64,000 nucleotides of DNA from Candidatus Dormiibacterota bacterium (lineage in GTDB: Bacteria; Chloroflexota; Dormibacteria; CF-121). The position numbers and the translations under genes are program-made. The notes beneath the pieces are model-generated. The model did no database searches and was not told the origin of the DNA. It saw nothing but the letters and a program-made list of their open reading frames with translations. Positions 1 through 9,168 of this stretch are shown here, one piece after another. Within the stretch, counting starts at the first letter, position 1. The number at the start of each line of letters is the position of its first letter. Location of the stretch: assembly GCA_036782775.1 (NCBI GenBank), contig DAIPYJ010000001.1, positions 115,404 to 179,403 on the forward strand, given 5' to 3'.

Positions 1-420
1 CTCACCCATCACGCCTTCCGGCTCGGGATGCCCACGCCGACCGATATAGATGACGTCATAGCCGCGCTCGGCGAGGTCGCGCACCAGGTCGTGGGTGACG
101 ACAACGTCGGAACAGGTCGCATCGACCGCGGTCAGGCCCCGGGCGGCCGCTTGTTCCTTGACCGCCGGCGAAACGCCGTGGGCGGTAAAGATGACCGTCC
201 CGCCCTCGATGCGTTGCAGGCCGTCCAGGCGGTTATCGCTGTCGACGAGCTCGATGCCACTCTGGCGCAGCTCGTCGGTGACGTGCGTGTTGTGGACGAG
301 GTAGCCCAGCATCGCGATCTTCTCGCCCGGGTGCGCCTTGGCGGTTTGCTTGGCGGCGCGGATCGCCTCCACGACGCCGTGGCAATAGCCGCGCGGCGTG
401 ATCTTGAGCACCTCCATCGA
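1..420 (-). CDS. ispH: 4-hydroxy-3-methylbut-2-enyl diphosphate reductase (IspH/LytB), N-terminal part; the gene runs off the window start
   Basis: Reverse-strand translation from the ATG at 420 gives MEVLKITPRGYCHGVVEAIRAAK...DATCSDV, the typical IspH N-terminus with conserved Cys. There is no stop before position 1. Confidence 0.8.
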
Positions 421-596
421 TCTCGAGTCTACCCACGGATTTCGAAGCCGAAGCCGCCGCGGCGTTACGAGGACGTTACAGCCTGTGGGCTCCGATCGGT
501 TTCGGCGCGGGCGGCGGACGCTCGGGCGTCGGCGGGACCGGTGGCGCCTGTGTGCCAGGGACCGGCTCGTCAGGTTGTGGCTGCGGCGGCCGCTCG

Positions 597-788
597 TCAG
601 CCAATGATGATGGGGCCGCCCTGTACCTGAAGGATCTTGAGGAACGCCAGGATGCTGAGCGCTGCCAGGATCATGAGGAAGCCGCCGACGACGTACGACG
701 CGATGCGATGCCGGGTGAAGACCGCCAGTCCCAGCAAGATCATGATGATGGCCACCAGGATATTCGCGAAGTTAATCTCGACTCTCAC
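597..788 (-). CDS. small hydrophobic membrane protein (about 63 aa, two predicted TM helices), hypothetical
   Basis: A GTG at 788 is preceded by a GGAGG Shine-Dalgarno 7 nt upstream. The product is almost entirely hydrophobic. The gene sits 26 nt downstream of the metB-like gene on the same strand. Confidence 0.35.
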   Translation of the reverse strand: MRVEINFANILVAIIMILLGLAVFTRHRIASYVVGGFLMILAALSILAFLKILQVQGGPIIIG

Positions 789-813
789 TGCACACCTCCA
801 ATACTGCTGAGCT

Positions 814-1974
814 TCATGCCTGCGCGAGGGCCTGGTCAAGGTCTGAGATCAGATCGGCTGCGTCTTCCAGGCCAACGGAGATCCGGATCAGCCCATCCGC
901 CACCCCATGCGCCTTCCGGGTGTCGGCGGGAATCGAGGCATGCGTCATCAGCGCCGGCAGCTCGATCAGGGACTCGACACCGCCCAGGCTCTCCGCCAGC
1001 GTGAACAGCTGAGTCCGCTCGACGACCCGCCGCGCCGCCTCCAGATCGCCTTTGACTTCGAACGAGATCATGCCGCCGAAGCCGGACATCTGCCGCTTCG
1101 CCAGTTCGCTTTGTGGATGGTCGGGTAGTCCCGGGTAGAACACGCGAGCGACCCGGGCGTGCTTCGCCAGGAAGTCCGCTACCTGGCCTGCATTCCGATC
1201 GTGCTCCCGCATTCGAACCGCAAGCGTCTTCAGCCCCCGGAGAACGAGCCAGGCATCCATCGGCCCCGGCACGCCTCCGACGGCGTTTTGCAGGAAGCCC
1301 AGCCGCTCGGATAGATCGTCTCGATTGAGAACCACCGTACCGCCGATGAGGTCGCTGTGGCCGCCGAGATATTTGGTTGCGCTGTGCACGACGATGTCGG
1401 CGCCGAGCGCCAGCGGCCGCTGAAAGTAGGGGCTCATGAAGGTGTTGTCGACGACGACGAGCGCCTGCCGGCGGTGGGCGAGCTGGGCCACGGCCTGAAT
1501 GTCGACCAGCTTGAGGAGCGGGTTGGTCGGCGATTCGATCCAGACCATGCGGGTCCGCTCGCCGATCGCCCGCTCGATCGCGCTGAGCTCGCTGCCATCG
1601 ACAAACGAAAAGGACAATCCCATCGGCTCCAGCACGCGGCGAAACAGCCGGTAGGTGCCGCCGTAGAGATCATCCATCGCCACCGTGTGGTCGCCCGGCG
1701 AAAGCAGTTGCATGACGGCGGATTCCGCCGCCATGCCTGAGGCGAAGGCAAGCCCATGCGCCCCGCCCTCGAGCGCCGCGATGCAGGTCTCGAGGGCGGC
1801 CCGAGTCGGGTTGCCGGTTCGCGCGTACTCATAGCCTCGATGCTTGCCGATGGCTTCCTGGGCGAAGGTCGAGGTCTGGTAAATCGGGACGGTCACCGCG
1901 CCGGTCGATGGATCGGGCTCCTGGCCGGCGTGAATCGCCCGCGTCGAGAAGCCCGGGCTCGCGGATTCCGTCAA
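814..1974 (-). CDS. cystathionine gamma-synthase / gamma-lyase (PLP-dependent Cys/Met metabolism enzyme)
   Basis: 386 aa with N-terminus MTESASPGFSTRAIHAGQ... and a PLP-lysine region (HSATKYLGGHSD), typical of the MetB/MetC/CGL family. Confidence 0.85.
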   Translation of the reverse strand: MTESASPGFSTRAIHAGQEPDPSTGAVTVPIYQTSTFAQEAIGKHRGYEYARTGNPTRAALETCIAALEGGAHGLAFASGMAAESAVMQLLSPGDHTVAMDDLYGGTYRLFRRVLEPMGLSFSFVDGSELSAIERAIGERTRMVWIESPTNPLLKLVDIQAVAQLAHRRQALVVVDNTFMSPYFQRPLALGADIVVHSATKYLGGHSDLIGGTVVLNRDDLSERLGFLQNAVGGVPGPMDAWLVLRGLKTLAVRMREHDRNAGQVADFLAKHARVARVFYPGLPDHPQSELAKRQMSGFGGMISFEVKGDLEAARRVVERTQLFTLAESLGGVESLIELPALMTHASIPADTRKAHGVADGLIRISVGLEDAADLISDLDQALAQA

Positions 1975-3347
1975 CGCGCGGCCCGGGTACGAGTCATGAA
2001 CTCGAGCAGGTCGAGTCGCGTGATGATGCCGACCGGCTGCTCTCGTTCGATGACCACCAGCGCCGTTGCGCCGCCGAGCAGGGCATTGAACGCCTCGTCA
2101 ATGTGCGCACCGGCCGTGATCGTGGGGAACGGCCCGTCCATCGCCGCGCCCACCGTCGTGTCGATCAACCCGGGGTCGCGGTAGACGCGATCGAGCAGCG
2201 TCCGTTCCTGGATGCTGCCCACGAGCTTCCTGCCAGGACCGGCGCCGTCTTCGGTGACCGGCATCTGCGAGATGCCGTACTCCTGCAGCAAATCGATCGC
2301 CTTTCCAACCGTCTCCTTCGAGGAGACGGTGATCAACTCGGGAATCTCGCGATGCGGGGTCACCACGACGTCCTGAACGCGCTGCAGGGGAAAGCGCTCG
2401 AGGAAGCCGTTCTGCCGCATCCATTCGTCGTTGTAGATCTTGCCCATGTTGTTGCGACCGGTGTCCGGGAGGATGACGACGATCAGTCTTCCGGGCTCCA
2501 TCTCCTTGGCGATCTGGAGCGCCGCGTACATCGCGGTCCCGGCCGAGCCGCCGACCAGGATTCCCTCTTCGCGCGTGATCCGCCGAGCCGTAAGGAACGA
2601 GTCGCGATCCCCGACCTGGATGATCCGGTCGAACAGCTTCAGGTCGATCGTGCCGGGAATGAAGTCTTCGCCGATGCCCTCGACCTTGTAGGGCTTGACC
2701 GTGTCGCCCGAATAGAGCGAGCCTTCGGGGTCGGCGCCGACCAGCATCACGCCCGGCTTCTTCTCTCGGAGGAACCGGCCCGCGCCGGTCATCGTGCCGC
2801 CAGTACCCAGGCCACCGACGAGCGCGTCGATCTCGCCACCGGTTTGCTCCCAGAGTTCGGGGCCGGTGGTCTCGTAATGCGCCTGGGGATTCATTGGATT
2901 GAAATACTGGTTGGGCTGAAAGGCGCCCGGAATCTCTTTGCTCAACCGCTCGGCAACCGAGTAGTAACTCTCAGGCGAATCGCGCGGAACCGCCGTCGGG
3001 CAGACGACGACCTCTGCCCCATAGGCCCGCAGCAGTGCGATTTTTTCCGGGGATTGCTTGTCCGCCATGACGAAGATCATCCGGTAGCCCTTGAGCGCGG
3101 CAGCGATGGCGAGCGCGTGGCCGGTGTTGCCAGAGGTGGGCTCGACGATGGTCCCGCCCGGTCGCAAGAAACCGCGACGTTCGGCATCCTCGATCATCTT
3201 CAGGCCGATCCGGTCTTTCACGCTTCCGCCGGGATTCATGGTCTCGACCTTGGCCAAGATGGTCGGCTTCAAACCTATGGTGATTCGATGCAGCCGCACC
3301 AGCGGCGTGTGCCCCACGGCCTCCAGGATGTTGCCCAGGACCTGCAC
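1971..3347 (-). CDS. cystathionine beta-synthase (cysteine-synthase fold plus a C-terminal CBS domain pair)
   Basis: 458 aa. The N-terminal region is cysteine-synthase-like (GNTPLVRL, GGSVKDRIG, TSGNTG) and the C-terminal ~120 aa form a CBS pair. It overlaps the downstream gamma-lyase gene by 4 nt, as in the reverse transsulfuration pathway. Confidence 0.85.
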   Translation of the reverse strand: MQVLGNILEAVGHTPLVRLHRITIGLKPTILAKVETMNPGGSVKDRIGLKMIEDAERRGFLRPGGTIVEPTSGNTGHALAIAAALKGYRMIFVMADKQSPEKIALLRAYGAEVVVCPTAVPRDSPESYYSVAERLSKEIPGAFQPNQYFNPMNPQAHYETTGPELWEQTGGEIDALVGGLGTGGTMTGAGRFLREKKPGVMLVGADPEGSLYSGDTVKPYKVEGIGEDFIPGTIDLKLFDRIIQVGDRDSFLTARRITREEGILVGGSAGTAMYAALQIAKEMEPGRLIVVILPDTGRNNMGKIYNDEWMRQNGFLERFPLQRVQDVVVTPHREIPELITVSSKETVGKAIDLLQEYGISQMPVTEDGAGPGRKLVGSIQERTLLDRVYRDPGLIDTTVGAAMDGPFPTITAGAHIDEAFNALLGGATALVVIEREQPVGIITRLDLLEFMTRTRAAR

Positions 3348-3403
3348 TGCGGCCCCATTCTATGCGTAGAATCGGCACCAGTTCAGGAGGAGGGACGGGA
3401 CCC

Positions 3404-3922
3404 GTGCCGGTATCGGTTGCCAACTCTCAGGTGGTCTACGACGCCATGAAAGGCGTCGGGGTGCGGATGGTTAGCGCCCTACCCGAGACCTGGCTGGTTC
3501 ACCTGATCCGGTTTGCCGATGAGGATCCAAACATGACGCTGGTCCGTCTCGCCAAAGAAGAGGAGGGCGTCGGGGTGTCAGCCGGGGCGCACCTTGCCGG
3601 CGTCAAGTCGGCAATGCTGATGCAGAACCACGGGTTTCTGCAGTCGATCAATGGCATCAACGGCGTCTCGCTGCTCTACAAGATTCCGCTGCTGATGCTG
3701 ATCACCGACCGCGGGGGCTTCGGCGAGAAGGATCCATGGCAGACGGAAGGCGGAAAGTACACGCGTCCCATCCTGGACGCCTTGCACATCGCGCACGACG
3801 ACCTGACCAAACCGGACGACGTCGAACCGAAAATGGCCAAGGCGATGGCGCTGGCGCAGAGCTCGCTCTCGCCGGTCGCCTTGCTGCTCGGCCGCGACCT
3901 GATGTGGGAGGAGCCGCAGTGA
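3404..3922 (+). CDS. TPP-dependent decarboxylase alpha subunit (sulfopyruvate / phosphonopyruvate decarboxylase ComD-like, N-terminal pyrimidine-binding half)
   Basis: AGGAGG SD then GTG at 3404. The product VANSQVVYDAMKGVGVRMVSALPETW... resembles ComD / the PPD N-terminal domain. Its stop overlaps the next gene's GTG. Confidence 0.6.
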   Translation: MPVSVANSQVVYDAMKGVGVRMVSALPETWLVHLIRFADEDPNMTLVRLAKEEEGVGVSAGAHLAGVKSAMLMQNHGFLQSINGINGVSLLYKIPLLMLITDRGGFGEKDPWQTEGGKYTRPILDALHIAHDDLTKPDDVEPKMAKAMALAQSSLSPVALLLGRDLMWEEPQ

Positions 3923-4587
3923 AGCGTCTCGATTGCCTGAAGGCGATCTACCCGGAGCTGGAGGATTGTGCCGTCGTCACCATCATGGGCGCGGTCGCCG
4001 CCGAGCTGTACTCGCTCGGGCACCGCGCCAACTTCTTCTATCTCGAGCACGCGATGGGCCTCGCCTCGTCGATCGGCCTGGGCATCGCCCTGGCCCAACC
4101 TGAGCGCAAGGTCGTCGTGATCGACGGCGACGGGTCGGTCCTGATGAACCTTGGCGGGCTCACCACCCTCGCCCGCTCCCGACCGAGCAACCTGGTTCAC
4201 CTGATCTTCGACAACGAGACGCTCCTTTCCGTGGGTGGCGGTGCTCCAGGCGGCTATCGCTGGTTCACGACGGCAACCGCCGCGGGCACCGACCTGGCCG
4301 GCATCGCGAAAGCGGCCGGGTTTCCACGGGCGCAGAGCGTCAACGAGCTCGACGATTTCGAGGAGGCCGCGCTCGATGCCATCAACGGCGACGAGCTGAG
4401 CTGCGTCGTGGCCAAGGTGGAGGCGGAGATGCCGAAGAGCTTTCTGATGGACGTGCACATGCTCGAGAATCGATTCGAATTTCCGCGCGCCTTACAGCAA
4501 CCGCCACGCCGCAAGGACGAGCGTGCAAGCCGGCCTGCGAAGGAACAACCCGCGGCCATTCCGGCGCTGAAGTCAAGGGAGGAATGA
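3920..4587 (+). CDS. TPP-dependent decarboxylase beta subunit (ComE-like, TPP diphosphate-binding half)
   Basis: GTG at 3920 overlaps the alpha-subunit stop (GTGA). It carries a GDGS...N TPP-binding motif (VVVIDGDGSVLMNLGG). The track ORF 3736..4587 has an Arg-rich spurious N-terminal extension. Confidence 0.6.
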
Positions 4588-4588
4588 A

Positions 4589-5374
4589 TTGAGCACGAAA
4601 ATCGATACCCTCGCCGCGTTTGTCGAGAGCCTGGTCTCCGGTTCGATTGACGTCGTCGACCTGACCCAGCCATTGTCCGAGCGCACGCCCATGATCCAGC
4701 TGCCGCCGCCTTTCGCCAACACGCCGAACTGGAAGACGCACCTGATCAGCCAGTACGACGACAAAGGCCCAGCCTGGTACTGGAATTGGTTCGAGGGCGG
4801 CGAGCATGCCGGCACCCACTTCGACGCGCCCATTCACTGGGTTACGGGCAAAGACAAGGACGACGTCTCGCAGGTGCCGGTGCGGCGATTGATCGGACCG
4901 GCGATCCTGATCGACAAGTCGAAGGAAGCGGAGGCCAATCCCGATTTCCTGCTGACGCTGAACGACATCCGAGCCTTCGAGCGGGAGCACGGCTCGCTCC
5001 CCGAGGGCAGCTGGCTCCTTTACCGGACCGGCTGGGACGCGCGCGCCAACGACCAGAAGGCGTTCCTCAACGCCAATGAAACCGGTCCGCACACGCCCGG
5101 CATTGACATCGAGCTGGCGAAGTGGCTGGCGAATGAGAGTCCGTTTGTCGGGGTCGGGGTCGAGACGGTCGGGACCGACGCCGGCGCGGCGCATTCCTTC
5201 AACCCACCTTTCCCCTGCCATCAATTCCTCCTTGGAGCCAACAAATACGGCCTCACCCAGCTCGCCAACCTCTTGAAGCTTCCGCCGACCGGCGCCGTGC
5301 TCGTCGTCGCCCCGCTGAAGCTGGTCAAAGGATCGGGAAGCCCCTGCAGAGCGTTGGCGCTCGTCCAGCGATAG
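4589..5374 (+). CDS. kynB: cyclase-family protein, probable kynurenine formamidase
   Basis: Strong SD (AAGGGAGGAA) then TTG at 4589. It carries the HxGTHxDxPxH motif (EHAGTHFDAPIHW) of the PF04199 cyclase / KynB family. kynU and kynA lie nearby. Confidence 0.65.
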   Translation: MSTKIDTLAAFVESLVSGSIDVVDLTQPLSERTPMIQLPPPFANTPNWKTHLISQYDDKGPAWYWNWFEGGEHAGTHFDAPIHWVTGKDKDDVSQVPVRRLIGPAILIDKSKEAEANPDFLLTLNDIRAFEREHGSLPEGSWLLYRTGWDARANDQKAFLNANETGPHTPGIDIELAKWLANESPFVGVGVETVGTDAGAAHSFNPPFPCHQFLLGANKYGLTQLANLLKLPPTGAVLVVAPLKLVKGSGSPCRALALVQR

Positions 5375-5376
5375 AG

Positions 5377-6606
5377 CTGCCCGCCGGCCTCGAGCTGCGC
5401 GCGATCCGGCCGGAGGAGCACCGCGCCTACGCCGCGTCGCTGCGCCGTACCTTTGGCGGACCGGCGCCGACGGACGAGGAGCTGGCGGTCAGCCGCGAGA
5501 TCACCGAGTTCGACCGGACGCTCGCCGTCTTCGAAGACCGTGAGATCGTCGCGACCGCAGGCATCTTTTCGTATCAGATGACGGTTCCCGGCGGGACCGC
5601 AGCCTGTGGTGGCGTGACGCGGGTCACCGTTATGCCGACCCATCGCCGGCGCGGATTGTTGACGGCGATGATGCGGCAACAGCTCGAGGACATGCACGAG
5701 CGGGAAGAGCCGCTCGCCGCGCTTTACGCGTCGGAGGCGCCGATCTACGGCCGCTTCGGTTACGGCCTGGCGACGTATCAGGCAGAAATGGAGGTCACGC
5801 GCTCACGGGCGGAGTTCGCCGGTCAATCCAGCTCGGAAGGCCAGGTAAAAATGATCGACGTTCCGGCCGCGGTCTCGGCCTTCGCGCGTGTCTGGGAGCG
5901 CGTCCTCCCAACGCAGCCTGGCATGCTCCGCCTCGATGAGCACTGGTGGCGGAATATGCTTCGAGATCCAGAAAGCCAGCGGCACGGCTTCAGCGCGGAC
6001 TACCGCGTCGTTTACGAGAGCGGCGGCGCGCCAACGGGATTTGCGCTCTATCGCGTGAAGCTTGACTGGGACTCGATGGGACCGACTGGCGTCCTGAAGC
6101 TCGAATTGCTGATGGCGGTCGACGCTGACGCCTACCGTGCGCTCTGGCACTACCTGCTCGGCGTCGACCTGATGGTGAAAGTGATTGCCGAGCAGCGGAG
6201 AGTGGATGAACCACTGCGATTCCTGCTCGCGGATTCGCGCCAGCCGAAGATCATCATCCAGGACGGAATCTGGCTGCGCCTGGTTGATGTTGCTCGCGCG
6301 CTTGCCGCCCGCCGCTATGCCATCGACGGCAGGCTCGTCCTCGAGGTCCACGACCAGCTCTGCCCCTGGAACGAGGGCCGCTTCGAAATCGATGGCGGGC
6401 AGTCCGCCGCGACCTGCCGGCGTTGCGACCTGGAGCCGGATCTGGAGATGACGGTCGCCGATCTTGGCGCCGTCTACCTGGCCGGCAATCGTTTTCGCGC
6501 CTTGCATGAGGCCGGCCGGGTGATCGAGCGCCGTCCCGGGGCGCTGGCCCGCGCCGACCTGATGTTCGCCTCTGACCGCGTCCCCTGGTGCCCCAGCCAC
6601 TTCTAA
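5377..6606 (+). CDS. Eis-like GNAT N-acetyltransferase (GNAT domain plus sterol-carrier-like C-terminal domain)
   Basis: The open frame gives IELPAGLELRAIRPEEH...VTRVTVMPTHRRRGLLTAMM (GNAT acetyl-CoA motif). No ATG/GTG/TTG occurs in frame before the ATG at 5578, which lies after the N-terminal GNAT elements, so the start is uncertain (a CTG at 5377 is assumed). Confidence 0.55.
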   Translation: MPAGLELRAIRPEEHRAYAASLRRTFGGPAPTDEELAVSREITEFDRTLAVFEDREIVATAGIFSYQMTVPGGTAACGGVTRVTVMPTHRRRGLLTAMMRQQLEDMHEREEPLAALYASEAPIYGRFGYGLATYQAEMEVTRSRAEFAGQSSSEGQVKMIDVPAAVSAFARVWERVLPTQPGMLRLDEHWWRNMLRDPESQRHGFSADYRVVYESGGAPTGFALYRVKLDWDSMGPTGVLKLELLMAVDADAYRALWHYLLGVDLMVKVIAEQRRVDEPLRFLLADSRQPKIIIQDGIWLRLVDVARALAARRYAIDGRLVLEVHDQLCPWNEGRFEIDGGQSAATCRRCDLEPDLEMTVADLGAVYLAGNRFRALHEAGRVIERRPGALARADLMFASDRVPWCPSHF

Positions 6607-6624
6607 GCCGTCCATAATCCCCTC

Positions 6625-7857
6625 GTGGATCGCGAGACCTGCCAGTCCTTCGACGGACAGGACCCGCTGGCACATTTCCGCGACGAGTTCTCTCTTCCCG
6701 ACGGTGTCATCTATCTCGACGGGAATTCGCTGGGCGCCCTGCCGCGCGCGACCGTCGCTCGGCTGAACCAGGTTGCCGTCGAGGAGTGGGGTAGCGGACT
6801 CATCCGTAGCTGGAATGCGGCCGATTGGATTCACGCGCCACGCCGGATCGGCGACAAAATTGCCCGCCTGATCGGCGCCCACGCCGGCGAGGTCATCGTC
6901 GCCGACAGCACGTCTGTGAACCTCTTCAAGCTGCTCGCTGGCGCCTTGCGGCTGCAGCCGGAACGCCATTTCGTCCTCACCGAAAGCGGCAACTTTCCCA
7001 CCGACCTGTACGTCGCCCAGGGACTCATTGAGATGCTTGGTGGTAACCATGCGCTTCGCGTCGTGCCTCGCCATCAGCTCGCCGGCGCGATTGACGGCAG
7101 CGTTGCCATCGTCATGCTCACCCACGTCGACTACGCCACCGGGGAAATCCACGACATGCGCCGCCTCACCGAGGCAGCGCACCGATACGGCTCGCTCATG
7201 CTGTGGGACCTGTCGCATAGCGCTGGAGCGCTTCCGCTCGATCTGAACCGCAACCAGGTCGATCTCGCCATCGGCTGTGGCTACAAGTACCTGAATGGCG
7301 GCCCGGGGGCCCCGGCGTATGTCTTCGTCGCGAACCGGCTCCAGGAGCAGCTTGCCAACCCGATCTCCGGCTGGATGGGACACGCCTCCCCCTTCGCATT
7401 CGCGGCGGAGTACGAGCCCGCGCCGGGCATCGCGCGCCAGCTTGCCGGGACGCCACCCGTGCTGAGCCTGATGGCGCTCGAGGTCGCGGTGGACATGTGG
7501 CTGCGCGTCGATCAGCAGGAGGCTCGTCGCAAGTCGATGGCGCTCGGCGACCTTTTTATCCGCCTGGTTGAGGAGACCTGCCGCGACCTCGGCCTCGAGG
7601 TGGCATCACCTCGGGAGGCAGCCCAGCGCGGCTCGCAGGTCTCGCTTCGCCACCAAGAGGCCTACCGCGTTATGCGCGCGTTGATCGACCGCGCGGTGAT
7701 CGGCGATTTCCGGACGCCGGACCTGATGCGTTTTGGTTTCGCCTCGCTCTACACCCGCTACGTCGACGTTTACGATGCCGTGCGCTGCCTCCGGGAAGTG
7801 CTGGCGACGCGCGCCTGGCAGCGCCCTGAGTACGCGACTCGCCTCATCGTCACCTGA
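6625..7857 (+). CDS. kynU: kynureninase (PLP-dependent)
   Basis: 410 aa from a GTG start. It carries the IYLDGNSLG motif and aligns in my reading with bacterial kynureninases along its whole length. Confidence 0.85.
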   Translation: MDRETCQSFDGQDPLAHFRDEFSLPDGVIYLDGNSLGALPRATVARLNQVAVEEWGSGLIRSWNAADWIHAPRRIGDKIARLIGAHAGEVIVADSTSVNLFKLLAGALRLQPERHFVLTESGNFPTDLYVAQGLIEMLGGNHALRVVPRHQLAGAIDGSVAIVMLTHVDYATGEIHDMRRLTEAAHRYGSLMLWDLSHSAGALPLDLNRNQVDLAIGCGYKYLNGGPGAPAYVFVANRLQEQLANPISGWMGHASPFAFAAEYEPAPGIARQLAGTPPVLSLMALEVAVDMWLRVDQQEARRKSMALGDLFIRLVEETCRDLGLEVASPREAAQRGSQVSLRHQEAYRVMRALIDRAVIGDFRTPDLMRFGFASLYTRYVDVYDAVRCLREVLATRAWQRPEYATRLIVT

Positions 7858-8309
7858 TGGATCGGCAGCCGGGCGATCGCCTCCTTCGCGGCTACCTGAG
7901 CAGCCGGCTCGTCCTGCTGATCATCGGCATCATCACGCCAATCGGCATCCTGGTTGTCAACGCGGCCGCGTTTGTCTACAAGAACCTGGCGCAATTCCGA
8001 ATCGGCATCGCCGCCTGTGCGCTGATCAGCTCGCTGGTCCTCAACGGGTTGACCGCATCCTGGTTACTTCGGCTGGCTGGTCGGCGATCGATGTCGCTCT
8101 ACCTAGAGCACCGCGACTGGGCAACGATCGTGGCAACCATCATCGTGATCGCCACCTCGGTCGGCGCCGCGATATTCACCTACATCGGCATGAGCAACCC
8201 AAACCGATTACCCGATGGGCTCGCCGTGCTGACTGCGCTGCTCGCCCTCTTCGTACCGCTCGGCATCACTTACGTCAGCCGGTTCTTCGCGAACCCGAAC
8301 ACCTCGTAG
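7857..8309 (+). CDS. integral membrane protein, hypothetical (4 predicted TM helices)
   Basis: Its ATG overlaps the kynU stop (ATGA). The product is hydrophobic and 150 aa. Confidence 0.5.
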   Translation: MDRQPGDRLLRGYLSSRLVLLIIGIITPIGILVVNAAAFVYKNLAQFRIGIAACALISSLVLNGLTASWLLRLAGRRSMSLYLEHRDWATIVATIIVIATSVGAAIFTYIGMSNPNRLPDGLAVLTALLALFVPLGITYVSRFFANPNTS

Positions 8310-8313
8310 CCGG

Positions 8314-9108
8314 CTATAGCTGGGAGCGGACCTGCCAGAGCTCCGGGAAAAAGCGCTTGTTGAGCGTCGACTGCAGATACTTGACGCCGGTCGATCCGCC
8401 GGTCCCTGCCTTGTCGCCAATCTGCCGTTCGACCATCTCGACGTGCCGTATGCGCCAGATGCGGAATCCCTCGTCGTGGTCGAGGAGCGCCTCGGCGAGG
8501 TCGAGGACGTCTGCATGGCTCGAGCCGTCACGGTAGAGGTCGGCGACCGTCAGCCCGCGCCGCGCCAGAAGCCCTGCGAAGGCATCCGCGAGTGAGGGCT
8601 CGGCGAGTCGCTGCTCCAACCGGAGACGAGCGCCCGGCTCGCCCTCGAGCGCCTTCAAGTAGCCGCGGTCCTTCAGTCCCGAGAGATACTCGACCTCGCG
8701 GAACTGGACCGATTGAAAGCCGCTAGCTGGGGCGAGCTCGGAACGAAACGTCAGAAAGTCCTGCGGCGCCATCGTCTCGAGCACGGCAACCTGCTCGACC
8801 ATGAGCGCCTCGATGACCTTGATGCGCCCGAGGTAGTGGCGCGCGGTCCGCAGTGCGTCACGCTGGATGGCATCCCGCGTCGCCTCCAGCTCATGGATCA
8901 GGACCTTGAACCAGAGCTCGTATGCCTGGTGGACGATGATGAAGAGCAGCTCGTCGTGCGCGTCGGTAAGGCCCTGTTGTAACTCGAGCAGTTCTGGAAT
9001 CCGTAAGTAGGAGCCGTAGCTGAGGCGCCGGCCGCTGGCATCGTCGTAGCCCATCCCGCCGAGGCGGTACGGCCTGGGCTTCTCATCGGGCTGTTGCGCC
9101 GTGGCCAA
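8314..9108 (-). CDS. kynA: tryptophan 2,3-dioxygenase
   Basis: 264 aa carrying LSYGSYL and FIIVHQAYELWFK, both characteristic TDO motifs. Confidence 0.85.
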   Translation of the reverse strand: MATAQQPDEKPRPYRLGGMGYDDASGRRLSYGSYLRIPELLELQQGLTDAHDELLFIIVHQAYELWFKVLIHELEATRDAIQRDALRTARHYLGRIKVIEALMVEQVAVLETMAPQDFLTFRSELAPASGFQSVQFREVEYLSGLKDRGYLKALEGEPGARLRLEQRLAEPSLADAFAGLLARRGLTVADLYRDGSSHADVLDLAEALLDHDEGFRIWRIRHVEMVERQIGDKAGTGGSTGVKYLQSTLNKRFFPELWQVRSQL

Positions 9109-9168
9109 GCTGCGACCAGCTTACCCCCGAACGTGCTACAACGAGGTCGTTCACAAGGAGGGGACAAC

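Noticed and set aside
28-630. 200-aa plus-strand ORF at the window start
   Set aside because: It is antisense to the clearly recognisable ispH 5' region and Arg/Gly/Ala-rich.
1908-3449. 513-aa ORF on the plus strand opposite the CBS gene
   Set aside because: It is an Arg/Gly/Asp-rich low-complexity antisense ORF of the kind that arises by chance in 68% GC DNA. It fully overlaps a well-supported CBS gene on the other strand.
5803-7383. 526-aa minus-strand ORF opposite the Eis-like GNAT and kynureninase genes
   Set aside because: Antisense shadow ORF with no recognisable domain and atypical composition. The sense-strand genes have strong family signatures.
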